DNA of 61,813 nt, filler included, from Sphacelaria rigidula (lineage: Eukaryota), in assembly GCA_964200075.2 (NCBI GenBank). It is 10 parts of 10 records of this genome, joined end to end, with 100 filler letters (N's around TTAATTAATTAA, not from the genome) between each part and the next. Parts side by side here need not be neighbours in the genome. Positions count along the whole stretch, not along the records: positions 1 to 6,092 come from CAXNAA020022288.1; positions 6,193 to 12,284 come from CAXNAA020022289.1; 8 more parts are not named here. One strand, 5' to 3'. How positions within the stretch are numbered: position 1 is the stretch's first letter; the number at the start of each line of letters is the position of its first letter. Below are positions 1-11,595 of this stretch, in pieces. The notes under the pieces were generated by a model. It did not search any database. It was not told the origin of the DNA and saw only the letters and a list, made by a program, of their open reading frames with translations. A program made the position numbers and the translations under genes.

Positions 1-210
1 CGTACTCATTTGTTGCTTGCCTTAGTCGTTTGACCATTGACCACGCATCCCTTTCGAGACGGAGCAGGGAGGGCGGGGGGGTGGAAGTTGTTCCTTCGAA
101 ACGTACAGGAGCTACGTGCGTATTATAGCTTCTGCCCAGCTGTTGTGTCAGGGTGACACCGTCGTCGTCGATGTTTTTGACCTGACCGGGTTGCCTCTTG
201 CTGTCTCCAG

Positions 211-337
211 GCGTACCGTGGACGCTGCGACGTTGTCCGCTGCTGTTAAGGGTAAGCTAAGGGCCGAGGGCGACAAGCTGCTGAAGAAGGTGGCCAGCGA
301 GACCAAGGCTGCCGCCTTGCTTGCTGCGGAAGGCGGG
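211..337 (+). CDS. AARS: Alanyl-tRNA synthetase, internal exon (helical region preceding C-Ala/DHHA1 domain)
   Basis: Acceptor tctccag|g and donor ggg|gtgagc. Encodes RTVDAATLSAAVKGKLRAEGDKLLKKVASETKAAALLAAEGG and joins in phase 0 to the exon at 2487. Confidence 0.7.
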
Positions 338-390
338 GTGAGCGAAGAGTCCCCGCGAAGCGTCAATAACAATTTTCTTCGTGATTTTAT

Positions 391-640
391 TGCAACTCAT
401 TTGAGGCTGTCATCATGCCGGAAGATAATTAGTACACTCACATCGCGACCAAACAATCTTAGCAGGATGCGGGTCGCCTCTCATGTGACTCGCCGAACAC
501 ATCACGGCACGTCGCGCTTGGTGATTGATTGCGAGCCTGGTCCCGTGAAAACCCGGCGTGGTCCGTCCCGGCTTTGTAGGGATGCAAGGCCAACGATCAT
601 AAGACTACGGCGTGCAAGATCATGAGTACCCCCCCCCCCC
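391..640 (+). repeat. Dispersed ~240-bp intronic repeat, family C, copy 1
   Basis: Shares aacaatcttagcaggatgc...cgcttggtgattgattgcgagcctggtcc with 22975-23222 (+), 20440-20688 (-) and a partial copy at 55590-55622 (-). Confidence 0.85.
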
Positions 641-1214
641 CGGCACAACCCGGAAAGGAGGGGGGGAGAAGGGGAGGGAAAAAAACCCCGGGACGGGTCC
701 AAATAAACGGCTGTTTCGAGGGGGAGGACATGCTACAGTACAGCTTGTGCGTGTAAATATATTCATGGATACTTTTGTACGTTCAAATGTTTGCATAGAA
801 GTGATACTAATTTTATTTTCATTATTTTTTCAAAAAAACGAAAACGAACTCTAAAATTTCTACGAAGACGTCGGTATTGTAAAGATAGAGGCCATTATAG
901 AGCAAAGAGAAAAAACTGTCGAGAGCAAACCGATACACATTCACTCTACACTGCATTCGTGTAGCGTCCGTCTCCCTCCCCCGTGTAGGGTGCATATCCA
1001 GCAGATGATCAAGCAGCGAGCAGTTTTGCGTTCAACGAGTATTGAATAGTACAAATCTCCTATGGTAGGACAGCGACATCTAGCTGTGTAGCACGCACAA
1101 GTTCCATGTTACCCACCTGCGAAATCGTGATGGAGTGAAGGAGCACTGTGGGTTTGAGAGTCACGGATGACTGATCGCAAGTCCGCAGTGAGGAGTAAGG
1201 GTTTGAATAGCATT

Positions 1215-1636
1215 TTTTTTTTCATTTTTTTTTTCTGTTGTTTCATTTCATTTCATTTCATTTCATTTCATTTCAGTTCAGTTCATTTAATCTTATGTCA
1301 TCTTATTTCATCTTCTATTTTTACTTGTCGTACTTTGAACCCCTCTCCTTCCTCGGCACGAGTCCGTGGTCTCAAGGGATCAACCTATCTCTCTTCCCCG
1401 GTACACGCCTTGCATTTTGGTCTCGCGCATTGGATCATGACTAACAGCACTCCTGCACCGCGTCAACTCACATCAAACAAACTCAGTCAACTACTTTGTT
1501 TCCTCACGTTCTCACGCTTTTCACGGTAAAAATCAGATACTACGAAGGAAAAACCCAACGCATATCGGGAATCGAACCCTCGTTTTCTCCACCCTAATGG
1601 TGGCAGTCGAACCATTACACCACCGGGGCGCGGCGG
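1215..1636 (-). mobile_element. tRNA-derived SINE family A, full length, with (GAAAT)n/A-rich tail
   Basis: Minus strand begins gccgcgccccggtggtgtaatgg (A box) and has gggttcgattccc (B box). Homologous copies at 38119-38430, 41650-41934, and partial copies in 19345-20010. Confidence 0.8.
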
Positions 1637-2486
1637 TATAGCAAGAAGCTTCAAAATCGAACGAAATATGTGATGAAGTCCCCTCACGCATCTAATACCA
1701 CGCACCGTTCGATATCATGTATCCTGGTACTAAAATGTCATCATCCGGAGGCCCTGTACCGGAGAAGACATGTCTTGATCCTTGGAGACTACAGACTAGT
1801 CCCAAGGAAGGTGAGGGCCCAAGAGTGTGGCGAGTATATCATGTGCATCACAACCTGGATCCTGACAACGGATTACATCGTCAGAAAGTGCACTGTGTAC
1901 AATATCGGCTATTGCGTAGAGCTCGGAAATGGCTTGTCTAACCATCAACCAATTGAATGGTGACGCGTGCAACAGTGCAACTACTAACCAGTTCTATGAT
2001 ACATAGTGGTTTGGTCATCGAGAGGCACAGCCGCGATCCAAAAAGCCCCCCCCCCCCGGCAGAGGGATCCCCGCTGGAGGCGGCGTGCCGAAGGCACCTT
2101 TTGTTGCGATTTGTCTTCACTAGAGCTGAAAAATACGTAAAATTCGGACCGATTTCAAGGGCTGTATCTCTACTATTGCGTCTTTTGCACCAGACACTTA
2201 ATTCCATACGGTTCGAGGTACATTTTTCAATAATGTAATATATCGTCCAGGGTGTGGTATGTATACATGTGCATACGTTCATCATGCGACCCCGGCTGGA
2301 CCCTTGGGGGGTCAGTTCAAGTGCGACAATCAATCAATCATAACACATACTCACACATAGATGGGGCCTGGCATTTCCCGCGAAGAGAAGGAGAAGCACA
2401 TCCAGCGAGCGCCTTCGTCTCACGCGTTGTGCATACCCCGTAAAAAAGAATGACATCAACAGAGCTCTTGTTCACTTGTACTCCAG

Positions 2487-2552
2487 GTTAACGCGGCCGG
2501 TAAGGCCGCCAAAGAGGCGGCTGAGCGAGGAGACTCTGTACTTGTCATGGAG
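2487..2552 (+). CDS. AARS: Alanyl-tRNA synthetase, internal exon (22 codons)
   Basis: ctccag|gtt...gag|gtgagg. Encodes VNAAGKAAKEAAERGDSVLVME, phase 0 at both ends. Confidence 0.72.
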
Positions 2553-2635
2553 GTGAGGGCTATAATGGTAGGCTTGACAGATAATTGCACTGTAAAGCTG
2601 GTTTTGAGGTATGGGTACGGGCACGGGTACGGTTT

Positions 2636-2772
2636 ATACCCTAGACAAGGAGATATACAGTCAAAAATTGTACTGTGTACAGTATAGACTATCGCGCCTA
2701 TTGCAACAGGCAATATATTCCATACTGTACGCAGTCCATTTTTGACACTATAATCTATTGGCCAGGGTGTGG
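2636..2772. mobile_element. Short MITE-like repeat (ccctagac...ccagggtg ends)
   Basis: Reverse-complement match to 56420-56548, where it is an insertion absent from the sister tandem unit. Confidence 0.55.
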
Positions 2773-4607
2773 TACGATTGCGGGTATAGCTCAGTATGTC
2801 AGATTCCCTCCGGGAAACCCAGCACTTTTTCAGTCAATACCCTCAGATACCGGGGGATATCGAGTATTTTTGGTTGTCGATAGATTCCTCAAGATCTTGT
2901 GGGGGTACTCGGCACTTCTGAAATTATCAGAGTACTCTGGAGGCCGGGGTTATCCCGGAGTACGGTCCCTGCCCCATACCTACTTTGATGCACTAGAACG
3001 CCCGTCAGCTTTCATGAGCCCTTTACCCGGGATAGACTCGTTTTATGTTCTGAGGTGATGCACACTCAGCATACATACAAAAGTGATGCCGTGATAATCC
3101 CCCCCCCCCACCCCCACACGCACACGCACACACCAACCAGCTCAAATCCGTCACGAAGAAGATGGCCATACAGGCCATGCAATTGGTTTCAGACTACATG
3201 GAGCGCCTCCATTCGGGCGATGATGGCGTAGACTATCCCAGACGTGGTAGTTCCCAGCTACTCGGTGTGCTCGGCTTTTGTAACTATGATTCGCATGTAA
3301 AATTTGCCTCCTCAAATCAGCCACTTTTCTGGGGTGAGGGCTATCGCGGCATCGCTCACAAGAGCATCAACTCCATGGTATCTAGTGACCAATTCTTAAA
3401 AGCAGCAAGCAAAACGCCTGTTTGCATGTGTACAGTTGCTCTTCTCGGAATCTTCTTCCTCGTCATTTATGTCACGTAACCTTTCCGCTACCGCTGCCCT
3501 TTTTTGTTCCTTGTTTTATGACTGGAATGATGGAATCAGCAGAGTGCAGCAATCGTTCCCATATTTCTCTTGACCATGTTGCGAAGCAGCGGCGGGACAC
3601 TTGTACTCTGGACAAGCAAGGTCTGGACAGTAGGTGTCGTTTTCTCGAGATCCCCCGGCCGCTTTTTCATCAAAACGCCTCTCTGCTGCGACTCGGATGT
3701 GTTCCACCTGTAGCGATACCCTCAGACACACGTGTCATCCTCCATTTTTGTGACGTTTTTTTTTTTCCCCGGATCGGAAATCAAGTAGTAAGCGTTTGCT
3801 GATGTCACGTTCCTTTGAACTTCTCGCAAATGCCTGCCCCCTATTGTGTGTTCGAATATCGCGGTCCAACCACTGTTGTTCTGCTATGAGTCTTGATTAA
3901 TTTTTTTTGCCAGGGTCAATATCCATCATATCTGTACCTAATACATGTCTATATCAAATAAATTCGAAAATATCGAATATACTGCAGTAGGTTCACGCCT
4001 GGCTCGTGCAGTGCAGTGTGGCAAGTTGAACTCATGTATATATCATCAGCGAGTGTTTCCTTTTCCCTCTATATCATAGATCAAGAACCGGGGGCTGTAC
4101 AATCGTATTGTAGGACCCCGAAAACGATCGGTGAGCCCGTGTCTGGTTCGAAAATGGTCGTGATTTGTTTTTTCTTTCTCGAAACCTGTGTCGGAAAAAC
4201 GAGTTTCAAAGTTTGAGATCAAACAGAAAATTGTATGAATTTCGGTAGCCGAAAGAACTGATGAGAAAAATAAATCGCTCTGAATGGAAAATGTTTAGTC
4301 TGAAGTTCGATGACTATTCTTCGGGGCACAGTACAGGACGACATATCTTGTGACTATGGCTACAACAGATTCCTCGGGAATGACTTGACGTGCAACGACC
4401 GACCAATCAATCAACCAACCAATAGAACAATCAAATCGCGTTTTTTTTTCCTTTTTTTTTTCCCCTCTGGGGCATGTGTGTACACATCTGTGTCGTAAAA
4501 CTACCCTTGTGTTGATTCATCGCGGATCAATCAGTACATGCGCAATAATTTAATTGAGCCAAAATCGATCAAAGCATCATACGAGTATGTATCTGTTCAT
4601 GTTTCAG

Positions 4608-4763
4608 GTGATGATCGGTGCGAACTCGAAGGCGGTCAAGAGAGTCTTGGACGCGGTTGCCAAAGCCGCGCCGGGACTGTCGTTCATGGGCTTCAGCGCG
4701 GAGGGTCCGGGGCCCTCGGGGAAGTTGTTGGTGTTCAACGTTGTCGCGGGGTCTGCGCAAGAG
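4608..4763 (+). CDS. AARS: Alanyl-tRNA synthetase, C-Ala (DHHA1) domain exon (52 codons)
   Basis: tttcag|gtg...gag|gtgacg. VMIGANSKAVKRVLDAVAKAAPGLSFMGFS...GKLLVFNVV resembles, from memory, the eukaryotic AlaRS C-terminal pattern (LEM.SGASAKAL.EALK...SAMLF...GKI.C.C.V). Confidence 0.75.
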
Positions 4764-4874
4764 GTGACGAGAGTGAATTGTACGACACGAAAAAATGATG
4801 AAACTCCGGTTCGTGGTGAAACGCAGTACTCAATGTTGTTTGATGAAGTACCGTCGTTTTTTTTTCTTTGCTAT

Positions 4875-4877
4875 TGC

Positions 4878-4922
<45 letters not shown>
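4875..4922. repeat. (TGT)n microsatellite
   Basis: Direct reading. Confidence 0.95.
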
Positions 4923-6092
4923 ACAATCCGTGTCAATATGTAACTAACTGTGCTTTCTTCGCCGGGGGGGCAGCAACTTTTTGTATGTTTTCAAGGCTTA
5001 AAATCGAAAATAAGACCTTTTGGAGCGTCTGCCTCGTTCTACTGAGCCCTAGCAGAGAGAGCTAGGCGGATTCTGACGCCTTCCAACGCCTTGATATACT
5101 CGTTGAGACGGTTCCAGCACACTTGTGCGTTTTGTTCCGGTGGTCGCAATGTTTTTCTTGCCCAAACCTGCATTTTGTCTTCGGAGACGGTTTATTTTTT
5201 CGGAGAATCGGTCAACTCCAGAAATTCTTCGCGAAATTTTGTGGACTTGACCAGTCACGGAGGAAAATGAGCGATCTCCGAGAAAATGAAAGGCTGGGCA
5301 AGAAGAAAACCGCGACCGCCGGAAGAACGCACGGGTGTGGAGAAACCCTCTCAACGAGTACAGCAAGGCATTCTAAGGTGTTAGCATCTGTCCATAGTAG
5401 CCCTCTTTTAGGGCGTAAAACGACTCAAAAGCTCCGAGAAAGCAGTTTTCCAGACTTTCACGGGCTGGGCCAGCTTAAAGGCTGCTAAGACTTGCTCACA
5501 CCACAGCTTCCCCAGTTTCCCGAGTGAACCCGATGTAAGCATATCACTGTGAAGTGTAGACCAACCTGGTGGCACACGGCACCGCCGCTGCTGAATGAAA
5601 AGAAAAAAAATGGGAAAAAATGCACTGCATAATGTATAACGTAAACGACGGACGAACAAAAGAGAATTTGTCGGGATTCGAACTCATGACCTCCATAATT
5701 GGAGTCTCCCACCACTTGAATTATAGTATAGGGGTGCAGCAGCGTCACGGAAAATGTTGAACGCACGGCCCAATTTGACGACTCTTGAGCTGCTGAAATT
5801 TCAGGAAGACCTCCTGCACCTAAGGAACTGATACTTCACGTGTCCAGCTGCAGATTCTCCTTTTTTTTCCTGGACTCATGACATCATCTGGTTTTTGCTG
5901 AAATTTCAAATGCCCATGATTGCTTTTTTTTCCCCCTCTTTTTGCTGGTCACGTGATTTTCTGCATTTCGATCATAAAGAGTTGCTGTCAAAATTTCAGC
6001 GTCCAACTCCTAATATCGCGCCGTGCGTCGCCTCAGCGAGATTCACACCTACTCTTGGCTTGCCCAGCTCGTATAAACAGCCGATCATCTAT

Positions 6093-6192
6093 NNNNNNNN
6101 NNNNNNNNNNNNNNNNNNNNNNNNNNNNNNNNNNNNTTAATTAATTAANNNNNNNNNNNNNNNNNNNNNNNNNNNNNNNNNNNNNNNNNNNN
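6093..6192. other. Artificial contig-joining linker N44-TTAATTAATTAA-N44 (first of nine)
   Basis: Identical linkers at 12285, 18477, 24668, 30859, 37050, 43241, 49432 and 55623. The 12-mer gives stops in all six frames. Confidence 0.97.
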
Positions 6193-6361
6193 GACCTGGT
6201 TCTGCGGGACGATAGAGAAGGGTGACAATTGTGTCATCTTCAGTCTGAGTCTGGTACAAATTACTGTTCCGAAAAGGATCATTTGTATCTTGGCTACAGT
6301 ATGGGTAAAACGGACACCCTCGCACTGGTTGGCAGTGTGGGAGCCAGCGACATTACGCTAT

Positions 6362-6372
6362 TAATAAATAAG

Positions 6373-6411
<39 letters not shown>

Positions 6412-6412
6412 T
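6362..6412. repeat. (AAT)n microsatellite
   Basis: Direct reading. Confidence 0.95.
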
Positions 6413-6989
6413 AGTAACACTTCCTCTTTCCTATAAGTAAACTACGTGATGGGCGGCAGATCGTATCTCACCGATGCATGTGCCCATTATGCTATACTTA
6501 GGTTCGCTGGAAAGCTCTGGTCATGGCGATGACCACAGAAAAAACAAAAACAAATTCCGACTCGTACTTACGGAGAATTTTTGGGTCGAAAATGATAAAA
6601 TTTCGACCAATTTCGATTAGTTTGAGCCACTTTCGGCGTAGATTCGACGAAATTTGCCTGTTTTGTAGTAAACGAAGGCTGCTACGTGCCCGGGGGGTTT
6701 TGGACGACACATAGGTGTCACACACAAGCGACGAATCGGAGAAAAATAGTCAATTTCCGTTTTGTTCGTGATTTTGGCCTTTTTCCCGCGATTCTGTCGT
6801 TCTTCTCAGCTTTCTGGAAAAGGGGCGGAATAGGGCCGTTCGTCCATGCCAAGTAATGCGAAAAGAAAAAAAATGGGAGTCAACTAAAAAAACACCGAAG
6901 ATTCCAAAAAAATTATCACCTACGGCAAAGGACACAGTTAAGAGTTCGTGTAATCATAACGTAGTTTACTTATTGGACAGAGAAGTAAT

Positions 6990-8180
6990 AATTCAAGGTT
7001 CACAAAGTGAATTTGGTTTCTGCTGCGGGTAAAAATTCAACTCACCAGTTGTTTGCGACTCCGTTTTTGCGACAGGATTTTCGCGGCTTGATTTCTGCAA
7101 CTCGTTTCCTGCTAGATTTTTTCTGCTAGATTTTACCACTCTAAAACCCCCAATGACTTCGTTTTTTCGGGGATAACTTCATCACACAGAAACCAAACGC
7201 ATCTTGCTCCGAGGGTCACCTGGACACACAGCAGTTGCTGCTGCCTACCTAGTATCATCCTCCAAATCGAAGTCTTGAGTGAGAACCCCCAGCGTTTGGT
7301 GCCCATGTACAAGGAAGGATGATCTACATCTGGTATCATGCTCCAAAACGTACCCGACAAGGGAGCAACATCCCCGTACAGACAGTAGCAGTACTCGCGG
7401 ATCCTACGTCCTGACAGTCTCGCAGCCGGCAAGGTAGTTATGGTCGTGTCCTTCTAGCGATATCAACTTACAGTGAACTAGAGGAGAGTTTGCAGGTGAA
7501 TATATCGGCGATTGCCTCACCTGCAGTTCGCCGAGATGTTGCGGATTTTTTTCACGATATCACTGAGTAACATTACAAACATTTACATGAGGAAATGTAC
7601 CAGACCCTCCGTTACATCATAAGTGGAGATGTACCAGACCCTGCAATATATATGGAAATGTACCCAAACGTGGACAAAAGATTTCTGCAGTCAGTACGAA
7701 CACGATGTTGAAAGTGTACTGCGCAAAGTCAATGTGTTGTGTGTGTTGTTGTCCCATCTATTCTGGACGCCGGTCTCCACCTTTCGGTATATGTGAGCGG
7801 ACCAGCCGCGGCTGTGTTTCCATACAGCTTCGCTCAAGATACAGGTAGCCATTACAGCGGCGGAGGCGGTCTTTCACTCCTGCGTGCGCCACCTGGGGCG
7901 AACGCACGCTGTAGCTGCAACATGGACAGCTTGAGAAAATGTGACGTAGCGATATAACGCGTAGCGAGACGTGCTATCCTGCGTACACGCTGGCCGCAGA
8001 TACAAGCGGCTGCATTCATGATGTGGTGAACTGCATAGAACAACGCGAAATAAATGCAGGACAGGGATAGGGTAAGGATGTCACGTCCTGCGGTGTGCTT
8101 CGCCATCCTGCACCCTGCCGCTGTGCCGTGAGCAGGTAGTACCGCCGAACGCGTCACGCCACGGTTGGTACGCAGTGTCA
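6990..8180 (+). repeat. Large modular dispersed repeat (modules X and Y) with a SINE-B tail fragment between them
   Basis: Homologous to 39960-41030 (+), 51810-52830 (-) and 59320-60090 (+), e.g. ctagcgatatcaacttacagtg and gcggctgt.ttaccatacagcttcgc.caagatacag. Confidence 0.8.
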
Positions 8181-8560
8181 GTTCCACACCCATATGGTAG
8201 CCTCTGTATTGAATGAAATAAAACGCACTGAATGAAATAAAACGCGCGGAGCGCGTTATTTTCGAGCAGCACGCGCGCGATTTTCCGTGTTGCCGACATC
8301 GTGCCAGCGCGCTTGTGCACTACAGCGTTGTTCTCCCCTGTGGCAGCCCGTCACGGTATTGCTCATGTTTCATAACGCTTTATTCGAAAACACGCAGAAG
8401 AGATGCCAGCGAGTCCATCATTGTTGCACTTGGAGGTGTGGTGAACCAGTTTTTTTTCGATCTATTGTAGTACTCCCGCATGCTGCGTGTTGTACCGAAT
8501 AGTATACCGTACCAGTTCAAAAACGGATATGCACAATATAAACGCCACCGACATGCTCCG

Positions 8561-8905
8561 ATTATCATGAACTGTGTACGAGGCGCAGGAAGCGTAGTTC
8601 TTGTCAAGGAATGCAAGGACGCAACCATACTGCAGTACGGGCAGTGTTTATTATCAGCATGAAACAGGTGATTCCAACGAGACAAAAGACAAAGCATTTA
8701 CATTCTAATTTATTTCGGTGTTTTGTGACGTTGCGGTCTCGGATTTCGGCCGTGAAAGCGGTTATCATGAACTGTGTACGAGGCGCGGGAAGCATAGTTT
8801 TTGTAGGAATGCACGGACGCAACCATACTGCAGTACAGGGATTTTTTATTGTTAACATGAAACACGTGATTCTAACGAGACACAAGATAAAGCATTAACA
8901 TTATA
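8561..8905. repeat. Tandem duplication with ~200-bp period; inverted partial copy at 9059-9100
   Basis: ttatcatgaactgtgtacgaggcgc at 8562 and 8762. 8707-8750 is the reverse complement of 9059-9100. Confidence 0.85.
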
Positions 8906-10833
8906 ATACGTGGGCGTTTTGATAACTGAAACGAGTCCACCAGTCCCTCTACAACCTATCGTAAGGGGATAGATACCACGTGTAAATACGAAACAACTTA
9001 CGGACGGACCCTCATTTTAGAGTAGAAGGGCCAAGCCGAGACCACTCCGCTTCCACCGCCGAAATCCGAGACCGCAACGTCACAAACACCGAAATAAATT
9101 GAAATTGGAAGCGCCCTGGACACAGGGCAATCTATAATAATAATCGACTGTTCAGGGTGTGGGAAAACGGTGCATCATTTCGTGCCGTCCTTTTCGCGAT
9201 TTTCTGACAAAGGAGATGTGGAAGGGCGTCATTGCAAACACTATAATATGAGTAGCTGCAAGCATTTTCTTGTCGCCGATTTCGCTTCTTGGCTAGGTTT
9301 CACGTGATTGCGGATTTTTTTTTCGATTTTTTTTATTTCCCAAAATGGACAAACATTACCCCTGCAAAACACACAGACTTCACGACATAAGTTTACCTGG
9401 AGTTGAAATTTGCACACGTCGGACAGGTCATGAGGTACCTGGATATTACTTGTTATTAGAGAACTGATCCGGACCATGAGCTAGCTCATTTAGCCACTTT
9501 TTCCGTATTAGCTCCCGACAGCGATGGATGGCGAGCACGCAGTGTTGCGGGAAGGTAACGCTTTGGCTTCTCGGGCACTGCTGTCACGTGTTTTGTGTTT
9601 TTGAACGATGGATTTGAGAGTTCTCTTCGATTATTAATTCCAGGTAGCTCATGAGCTGTCCGACGTGTGGAAATTTGACAAGGAGGTGGGAGAGGGGGGC
9701 GCGAACTCATTTGTTGCTTGCCTTAGTCGTTTTACCTTTGACCACGCATCCCTTTCGAGACGGAGCACCGGTCCTACTCCTAATAGAGGGGGGAGAGGAG
9801 GAGGGGGGGGTCGGCGGTATTTTGCGGGGGTGGCAACAGAGGAGGCGTTTATCGTTGACTACAAATGTGGCGAAATATGACCCCCACGCGAACGGCATAT
9901 GTACGAATCAAGCAACCATGCTGGTTTTCATCAGGTTTCACCTCAGAATATTTACATAACGTGGTGCTGTTGCTATACATGGGTATAAATGTGAAATATT
10001 TTGCCGTGGCCCCACACAAATGTGAGATTCCACTACCGCATCGTTCCGCTGGATCACAAGCCCGTACTTTCCATTTACGATACCGTGAAACCCGTGCCGT
10101 GAATCCCTTGAACCGTAGACTATAGACTATGGAGTATCATGACGGAGATAATCCATACCACGTCTGGCCGTAGCGTTTGATAGAAACAGCATGAAATGAA
10201 ATGTTATGCCATGGTGTGTACGTGTGTCTCAAAGGTGAAAGGTGGAGGTGCATTCACCCCAGTTCGTCGACGCAAACCATCTATGGAACATTTTTGAGAT
10301 AACCCTAACCCTAACCCTAAACCCAACCCCAGCAAGGTATTCCGAGAACCTCGGGCAAGGAGGGTGCACAGGGTGCACTAGGCAAAGGTGAGGACCTCGT
10401 TCTTGATCATCTGAAGCGTAATGTAGAGCTCGAGTCCTAGAATGATTGTTCATTTATGTGTCTCTTGTGTTCGACCTGAAATATTTCGCACATGACGTCA
10501 GGTCTAGGGAATAATATGTGAAACTCTTATGGTCGCATCAAAAAATAAAAACAAAAAGAGAGCTTGGCTGTTTGGAGCACGAGCGGAGCAGCAAATTGTT
10601 TTGGTGTGTTTAGATAAGTTGCAAGGGCAGGCCGAGTAGCGTAAACCCAATGCTCAGTATTTTGGAAAATCATATGCTCACTACCCAAAACTCGGGTTGA
10701 GTATTTGACGTTATTCTCAGACTTCGTGCATGGTACAAGTCGAAAATATATGGTTCAGAGAGGCTGTTGTATCTCAATGTACAGTAGTGATCGCGGCTGT
10801 ACAAAACATCGCATGTGTTTTCGCATGGTGACT

Positions 10834-11595
10834 CCGGATGAGGTTGACCAACTTGAGTAACACGGATGGAAGATTGTACAATGTTTGGGCAGCAATAATT
10901 TCGACATGTGTGGCATATACTTAGCTGCTCATCAGCTGTGCACGTTGTGCGTGACTTTGCTCAAATCTGTTCAGAATTCATTGAGAAGTGATGATTTGTG
11001 TGAGGCCGTTTCTTCTAGACTGGAAAAAGTCTCTGAGAAAAGTCGTCCGAAATGACTTTTCTCAGAGACTTTTTCCAGTGAAATCAGTGTTTAAAACCTC
11101 ACCTGACAGTCTTAGGAAAATCCTGGGAATTTGTACACCCGAAGGCATCATCTACACTGCGTGCAGACGGTGGTATATGTAATGCGTGAGAGGATCGCGT
11201 GCTTAGGGGACGCGTCCGGATAAGGTTGACCAACTTGAGTAACACGGATGGAAGATTGTACAATGTTTGGGCAGCAATAATTTCGACATGTGTGGCATAT
11301 ACGTAGCTGCTCATCAGCTGTGCACGTTGTGCGTGACTTTGCTCAAATCTGTTGAGAAGTCATTGTGAAGTGATGATTCGTGTGAGGCCGCTTCTTTTAG
11401 ACTGGAAAAAGGCTTCGAGAAAAGTAATTTCGGACGACTTTTCTTAGAGACCTTTTCCAATGAAATCAGTGTTTAAAACCTCACCTTAGTCTATGGAAAA
11501 TCCTGGGAATTTGTACACCCGAAGGAATCATCTAGACTGCGAGCAGACGGTGGTATATGTAATGCGTGAGAGGATCGCGTGCTTAGGGGACGCAT
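10834..11595. repeat. Tandem duplication with ~382-bp unit, each unit containing a hairpin
   Basis: ccggat.aggttgaccaacttgagtaacacgg at 10834 and 11216. Both units end ggatcgcgtgcttaggggacgc. Confidence 0.9.

Noticed and set aside
4735..5065. Poly-Cys/Asn/Leu ORFs
   Set aside because: They are translations of a (TGT)n microsatellite in an intron.
6137..6148. TTAATTAATTAA as a biological motif
   Set aside because: It is always centred in 88 Ns at contig joins, so it is an assembly linker.
10300..10330. Telomere (CCCTAA)n, also 11673-11690
   Set aside because: Only about three units, internal to contigs. These are interstitial motifs, not chromosome ends.
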